This document shows positions 56,745 through 64,000 of a stretch of DNA of 64,000 bases, in pieces; position 1 is the first letter of the stretch, and every line of letters begins with the position of its first letter. Position numbers and translations under genes: made by a program. The notes below the pieces were generated by a model that saw nothing but the letters and a program-made list of their open reading frames with translations, was not told the origin of the DNA and did not search any database. The DNA is from Schmidtea nova (Eukaryota), in the NCBI GenBank assembly GCA_044892505.1, contig CM097883.1, positions 38,502,001-38,566,000 on the forward strand, written 5' to 3'.

Positions 56745-58888
56745 CACTGTACCGGAAGGGCCATCTAAACTTTAAAAACACGACCCCTAAATGAATTGCG
56801 TATTTTAATAGTACTATAGGCACAGATGTTGAAACAGTATATCTACAAAATCCTGATTGAGCTATTTAGGAGTAAAGCATAGAACGTTATAGTTTTAAGT
56901 TAATATAAGTTATACAATGACAGTTCTATATATATATATATGTATATATTACAGAGTAATGAAAATAATTTTCTATAGTTTTAGGCGGCGACACATTATT
57001 TAATATGTTTCAACGTCAGAATATAATGATATTATTGGGTATTAAGTAGTAAACTATTCGTTTGTTTTAAAGTTCAAGTTTGCGCGGTGGTGTGATCTAC
57101 AAGTCATTATTACAAAAATACGGTGGTAAGATTGAGTGTCATATTTTATTTCGTTTTTAAAGTAGGTATTTTGTAAAAGTTACTTTATTAGTGCAATGTT
57201 TTTTTCAAATATGATATTCATGTTTAGTATTCTAAAAATGAAACACTAACGTTTAAAATTTTCTTTTCAGATGCCACTTCATGAAACCCGTGCATTGAAT
57301 CATGAAGAAAACAGGAAGAAAGTATGCCTTATTTGCTTCAACAAATCAAACTGTAATATCACAGATGTCGTGTTAGCAAGAATTCGTCGTTACTTTATGC
57401 CAACTTACGAGATGACAAACCAAAATTTACCATGTGGAATTTGCAGCAGGTGTCGCTCTAATTTTCTAGACATTAGTGACGGAAAGAAGTCTACCAGCGT
57501 ATTACCGACACCTTTTGATTTCCGTGTGATAGCGCCATATACTACCGCAACTAGATCAGACCCGATTCCAGTTTGCGAGTTTCAAATTTGCGAAATAGCA
57601 AGGCAATCTGGGAAATCAATGTCAAAGGCAAAGAAAGGTCGCCCACGAAAAGACGAAAGTAAAGCCTGTGGCCCACCGGAAAAAATCATGACTGTGTGCA
57701 GTGCATGTCAGACTCGTTATGGGAGGGGCATTCGTCACAAGTGTACGGTACAGGCTTTACGAAAGAACATTGTAGAATTGTGTGTATCTACAGATAGAAG
57801 AACGCAAGAATTGGTTGCTACTTCAATGATAAAACGATCGAATGAAGGATAGAAAGTGTCAACCAAGGAGTTTTATTCTGGTGGTTCATGCCCTCTGCAA
57901 GTTCAAGTTGGCTCTAAAGAAAGTCCGTCCATTGTGCAAGTTAGTGTAGATGGTGTTACGAAACTTCAAAATGTATTGTCAGCGTCTAACAATGATCTGA
58001 AACGTAAAATTATACCCTTTGTTAGAAGCATGTTTGGCCGAACATCAGTAGAATCATTCATTGGAGAACAACTTCAACGACGTGACAAAACATGTGCTGA
58101 ATATTTTGATTGCCTTATCCACGATTTTGAATGCACCTCTACCAACAAAGGAGTTGATGCGACTGAATCCTATACAGTTGTTTACTGTAATGATGTTGTC
58201 GGACTGATAGACCTAGTCTGTGAGAAGAGAAATTTAAATAAAGAAAATGTTTCCAGCAAGATTGGAATTGATACAGGTGGAGATTTTTTTAAATTCTGTC
58301 TAAACATTAGCAATGCTGAAACCACCGAAAAACCCATCACTAATCCGTCAAAGAAACTTATTGAAAAAGCCATGCTCAATACAAGCGTGAAGAAGCTCAT
58401 TATCATCGCAATAGCCTATAAGGTTAAAGAAACATATGAGAATGTTCGTTACATTCTACAACTCTTAAAAATTGATCAAATAGACTTACAGTATGTTTAC
58501 GCGGTGGATCTGAAAATGGCAAACATATTATGTGGACTGCAATCACATTCCAGTGCGTATCCTTGTATGTTTTGCTATGCTGCCATTACATTATAATTAC
58601 CTTCCAGTCCATCTCCATCTTTACCCCGTTGTGTTTAACGAACTGTGCATCTGACAAGTCAACAATAAAGTGTACATATTATATGGATGGCTCATGTCAT
58701 TGTTCTCATGTGAAAAAAATGTGCGTACGGTTTAAATAGGGTTTACAGATTTCGTCAATTGCTCGTTATTAGCTCAATCAGGATTTTGTAGATATACTGT
58801 TTCAACATCTGTGCCTATAGTACTATTAAAAAACGCAATCCATTTAGGGGTCGTTTTTTTAAGTTTAGATGGCCCTTCCGTTACAGTG
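56745..58888 (+). mobile_element. CMC/Chapaev-like DNA transposon, internally truncated, about 120-bp TIRs starting CACTG
   Basis: 56745-56863 is the reverse complement of about 58770-58888; CACTGT...ACAGTG termini. Confidence 0.75.
57271..58596 (+). pseudogene. Broken transposase: Cys-rich N-terminus and AT-hook, in-frame TAG at 57850-57852, truncated C-terminus
   Basis: H..NRKKVCLIC..LPCGICSRC; KKGRPRK; GIDTGG; VDLKMANILCGLQSHSSAYPCMFC. The two track ORFs share a frame. Confidence 0.7.
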
Positions 58889-60718
58889 TCGACACTTGAC
58901 CGCGATAATGCAGCCGGGCATGCCAAGTCATACACAGAGATGTATGGATCATTCTCCACTACTTCTTTTAAGCGAACACAGTTCGTATCAGTTCTCGTCT
59001 GTCTCGAGATATATTGTCTTCTCTCTAAGACAAAAATCGACTCGTTCATCTTTGGAAACTCAGACATTTTTCTCTGAACTTAACGAAGACTAATTATGCT
59101 ATTATTACTCCAAGCAGTCACCAACAACTGATAAATATTACTTCCTTTGTAATCATTCTTTGTAAAAGTAGCTATGAAGAGGTTTACATGCTTTTCTTGG
59201 AATTGGTTAATTAGAAAATGACGTTGTAAACATTTAATACAACATAAAGATTGCTTTAAAATTAAACATGCAACAGAAATTTTTGTTGGGCTGTCGGAAT
59301 CAAAATAAGAAAACAATAAAAATAAAACATTGTAAAAGAAGAGCACAATTTAATTGCAGGTAGAATTTATATAATAATGAAAGAACATAACTAAAACACA
59401 AAAATTGTTCTAAAGATATAGAATAATTTAATTAGTATTATAATATAAATATATAAATATCCCAATATAAATATCAGTAAGATAACGGAAAAAATTGTAA
59501 TAAATTAAATCTGATTGCTTTAATCAGTCATTAATGCGCTATAACAAATAACAGCTCGTCATGATGAACACACATACCGTGATACGACGATTAATTAAAA
59601 TATGTTTCTGAAAAAAATAAAATATCTACGGATAAAGATAAATTCTAGAAAATAAAAAACCAAATTGAATTCTCAATTGAAGATATTCTAAACTTGAATA
59701 TTGATTACATAAAAAATGATAAATCAAGCAGACTAATGAAAATCAAGATAAATTCGGTTATTTATTATTATTACTTTATAGTAAATTGAAAATAAAAATT
59801 TTCTATCAAAAAATGTAACAAGAAATTAATATATTTACAAAACAAAAACCGATCACATTAACTCCATATCGATATCATCAATATCCATGAATTCATTGTC
59901 TGGAGTGCCTGAGATAAACCTTGAAAATTGATTAAATTAGAAATCATAATTAGAAAAAGTTTGATTTTACTGGTTTGATTTAATTGTATTATTGCCATGA
60001 CAATCCAATTGGTCTGTGTCATCTGATTGCTCGGTCATATTCCTATATACCGGCTTGTAGAGCACGAGGGCTTCATCATTTAAATTTGAATGCCTTAAAC
60101 ATCAGGATAATAATATGGGGAAAACATAAGAATAGAAAATACAATTTCCTCAGGATATCAAACGAGTTTTTTTTAAAGTACCTAATCATTTCTGGTGCTA
60201 ATATAATTTGATCTGGACCGCAGTAAAATTGTTGGAAAATAATAATAATGAAAAAACATGGGGAAATATAATTACTACGTTGATATTTGTGCTTGTGTCT
60301 GTGAGGAAATTACTTCAATATTTTCATCGATTTTGTCGTCACTGAGTTCTTCTATCAGAACGCCATTTGTTTTCGGTTGTTGTGGAAAAGGAACAAAGTT
60401 ATTTTCATCAGAAAAATCTGGAATCATTTCTTCATCTTGTTGACTTTCGATGCATTTTCTCCTTTTAGATTGGTAAATATCGATTACAAGCGACTTTCTT
60501 TTACGTTTCTGCTTTTTTATATCACTACAATAGCTATCGGTAATAACTTGTTGTAAAGACGATGATTTCATTTGAGATATTTGTTAATATGAATTAATGA
60601 TAATGACCTAGAGAAATTATTTAAACAAACTTTGAAAAATTTATTTTCTAGAAATGTTTTAGAAGGGAATAAATTAATATATTTATAATAATATAATTAT
60701 AAATTAATGGGAAAATTA

Positions 60719-61600
60719 TAAAAATAGCACTTTTTTTTTGAAAATAAAAAAATAGCACTTTTTTTGAATTAATAAAAAATATAGCACTTTTTTTGAATTA
60801 ATAAAAAATATAGCACTTTTTTTGAAATAATAAAAAATATAGCACTTTTTTTGAAATAATAAAAAATATAGCACTTTTTTTGAATTAATAAAAAATATAG
60901 CACTTTTTTTGAAATAATAAAAAATATAGCACTTTTTTTGAAATAATAAAAAATATAGCACTTTTTTTGAAATAATAAAGCACACTTTATTAAAGCACAC
61001 TTTATAAATAGCACACTTTATAAAACAATAAAATAAATAGCACACTTTATAAAACAATAAAATAAATAGCGCATTTTAAAAAAGATACAGAAAGGATATA
61101 TTTAACGAAGAAACTATTCTTAAAAAAGCCGAAAAATAAAGGTTTATTTCTATTTTTCTGCATATTCCCGGATTCTTTTAATTTTGGGTCTTTTCCCCGA
61201 CCTTTTTTCATTATAGGAGCTTTAAGATCCGATTTTTCAATGTTAAACGAACTCAAAGGTAAAATACTTTGGGAGTATTGTTTATAATAAGTTTCACTAA
61301 GATGAACATTATTTCAAAAAAAGTGCTATATTTTTTATTATTTCAAAAAAAGTGCTATATTTTTTATTAATTCAAAAAAAGTGCTATATTTTTTATTAAT
61401 TCAAAAAAAGTGCTATATTTTTTATTATTTCAAAAAAAGTGCTATATTTTTTATTATTTCAAAAAAAGTGCTATATTTTTTATTATTTCAAAAAAAGTGC
61501 TATATTTTTTATTATTTCAAAAAAAGTGCTATATTTTTTATTATTTCAAAAAAAGTGCTATTTTTTTTATTTTTAAGAAAAAAAGTGCTATTTTTTTTAA
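60719..61600. mobile_element. Foldback element: two inverted arrays of a 29-bp unit around a ~240-bp spacer
   Basis: TAGCACTTTTTTTGAAATAATAAAAAATA x9 (60725-60980) and its reverse complement x10 (61312-61595). Confidence 0.8.
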
Positions 61601-64000
61601 TGCCCCTAAATTAATATATATATTAAATTAATATATATATTATAAATTAATATATTTATAATATATTTATAAATTAATATATTTAATTTTAAATATTGTA
61701 TAATTAAATCTAAAAAAGATCTTTNNNNNNNNNNNNNNNNNNNNNNNNNNNNNNNNNNNNNNNNNNNNNNNNNNNNNNNNNNNNNNNNNNNNNNNNNNNN
61801 NNNNNNNNNNNNNNNNNNNNNNNNNNNNNNNNNNNNNNNNNNNNNNNNNNNNNNNNNAAAGTATCATAATGGTGTTGATGTACTATAGGTTATGGGTTTT
61901 GGTACAAAATTTCAAGTCTGACTCGTAGTTCCCTTTAATAACTTGACTTGTTTACCTCAAACCATCAAGAAACTTTAACAATAATCCTCGCTTGGGTACC
62001 CGAAACAACTCCTTGGTCATTTCGTCGGTATTGTACCTAATGGAATTGAGCGGTCGAGTAGATGAGCTCTGTCTCCAGAATAACTCCTCGAGCAGACTCT
62101 TTCTGGGTCTTGACTGTTTATAGAATTACTTACGTCAAGTATCGCTTATACTTCCTCTTGGGCCGTATCTGTAGTTACTCTATCGTTTATCCAATTTGCC
62201 TGAAACCGCTAATAACTCAAAATCATATTTACTCTTTAAAATAATGTATGATACTTGTACATTAATTTATTTTTCATGTGTATCTATTTTTAAAAAATGT
62301 TGTACCCGTTTGAAGATCTTTTAATATATTGGCGTTCCTGTCACAAAAGTTTTAAGGGGAAAATTTTCACTACGTTATCCTCATAATGCAACAGGAAAAT
62401 GCTACGAGAATTAGTACATAAACTGCTGTTGATTTGATCAAAATGTGACTTTTTACTCACTAAAACACTTTTCTACTCACTGGTGGGCTGTTGGCCGTCA
62501 ATATGACTTTGACGTTTCCATGGCTAATATCAACAACATAACACATAAAACATAATTTAACAATCTTTTTGCTTGCTACAATGTAACGTTGGTAATGCAA
62601 CAAATAGGTGAATTTTCGCAATCAGTGAGCGTCGAAAATTCGAAACTATGATCGAACGAACATCACAGTGGATTCAAGGGCGATCGATAGAAGTTTCTTT
62701 GCCAGTCTTTAGTCCCTTGGAATATCATAACTATGTCTGATTTATCGACAAAAATCACTTTAGCACGGTTATAACTTAATGATATTATTCGCTGTGAAAT
62801 TTGTTGTTTACTTTATCCCGAGCACAATTTATATATCGAAATTAATAGGCTTGATATATGAATATAAGTTAAATATTCAAGAGAAAAATGAAGAAAAGAC
62901 AAAAATCAATAAAGTAATATAATAAAATACGACAATTAAAACAAAATATTACATTGAGATTATTAGTACATATGAATATTATTATTCCCTTTTAGGCACA
63001 TAAATTTCACTATTAACCTGAAGACAACGAAAAGATCGGTTTAATCTAAAATCCATGTCACATAATGATAATAAATACATAATCCAAAAACAAGCATCAA
63101 AATCGTTTTTAACAAAAGTCAAATTTTTTTGTAAAGTTTTCGGAAAATCGGATCCCACTTTTCGCTTATTGTTTCCACGATTGAGGTTGCGGCCGAGTAT
63201 AGTAGTATCTCCGATGTTTTAAAGAGAAATCGACATAAATTTCAATCATTAAGATCCTAAATATTTACAAAAGATAAAATAGTTAAATTTTTTCAATCCA
63301 CCGCATCCGTTTAATCGGCTAAAATAACCACAAACAAAAGAAATTTTTCTGCATTCATTCCCTTTTTTAAGCATGCTTTTGCGACGACTCACTTCTTAAC
63401 GAATTGGGGGGTCTATATTTCAGCCTTATGGAAAAACTTAATTTCCCTGTAATAATATGATTTAATAATAATAATATATCCGTAATAAATAATGTGAAAT
63501 TCTGACGTTTTTTATTATAATTTTTCGTTAAAATCGATTTTCGGATTCTTTTCTTCAGAGTTTCCCATATTCACTTCTAAATTAGGGCTCATACAATAAA
63601 TTTTGGTGCATGAAATGTTATTTGTCATTGAAAACTTCAGTTTTAGGTTCGGATTTTCAAAAATTATCAACTTAGCGAGTTTGAAAACGCGAAAATCTAG
63701 TTTTCGATTGCATTTCAAGGGTTTTTGGCTCTTTACGCTTTTTAAATTCCATTTAACCGGCTTCAAACATTTTTCACTGGCATTTGGGTATACATTATCA
63801 AAAGATTATTCAAAAATTGCGATATTATGAGCAAGTTACGTTTAATAAATTGTGGGTTTTCCCCGTAATATTTCAACTTTTAGACGATAGATTTCGATGT
63901 TCGCCACTCGATTTGAGTAAATTTTCGAAATTCAAGATGCGTTTTGTGTTTTCGACGAGAGTGCATGGATATGTCATTATTTTTATAATCGAACCTTCAC

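Larger units (their letters stand above)
56440..59090 (-). pseudogene. Mariner-like relic split by the CMC element (HTH at 58889-59067; second-Asp region at 56626-56744)
   Basis: TRTDTNCVRLKEVVENDPYISVYDLA..LSRSSVDT (mariner HTH) and LVLHILTDNVRQHS (HDNARPH-like). Confidence 0.55.

Overview
This is an AT-rich eukaryotic (invertebrate-like; planarian flatworm is my inference) window with few host genes. It is dominated by one near-intact giant Ty3/Gypsy LTR retrotransposon at 19463-47156 (27,694 bp). The element has two 2,819-bp TG..CA LTRs in which I spotted only two differences, a 4-bp TSD (TTAG) and a tRNA-Pro-like PBS. It encodes one ~5,084-aa polyprotein in the order Gag(CA, 3xCCHC) - 3-4 ubiquitin-like domains - AT-hook - Bcl-2-like domain - internal signal peptide - chuvirus/Monjiviricetes-type (class III-like) fusion glycoprotein with TM - protease - RT - RNase H - integrase - ankyrin repeats - second signal peptide - FN3-like repeats - TM. 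The env-like gene therefore sits between gag and pol, in frame. Separate accessory ORFs encode an IAP-type RING protein, a full-length TRAF, two coiled-coil proteins, a small type-I membrane protein and an LTR-encoded protein with an Arg/Lys-rich motif. Five of these six ORFs have a TAG splice-acceptor-like site 2-4 nt before their ATG. Overall it resembles a complex, enveloped, retrovirus-like element carrying a cell-death/TNF-NF-kB modulating toolkit, comparable in size to the planarian Burro elements. The rest of the window holds a single-exon FoxA-like forkhead gene, an intact-looking GC-richer hAT-like transposon, a broken CMC/Chapaev-like element nested in a mariner relic, older Gypsy pol relics split by the giant insertion, several MITEs, a foldback array, (TA)n tracts and N runs. 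All domain calls come from motif recognition by eye; no searches were run.
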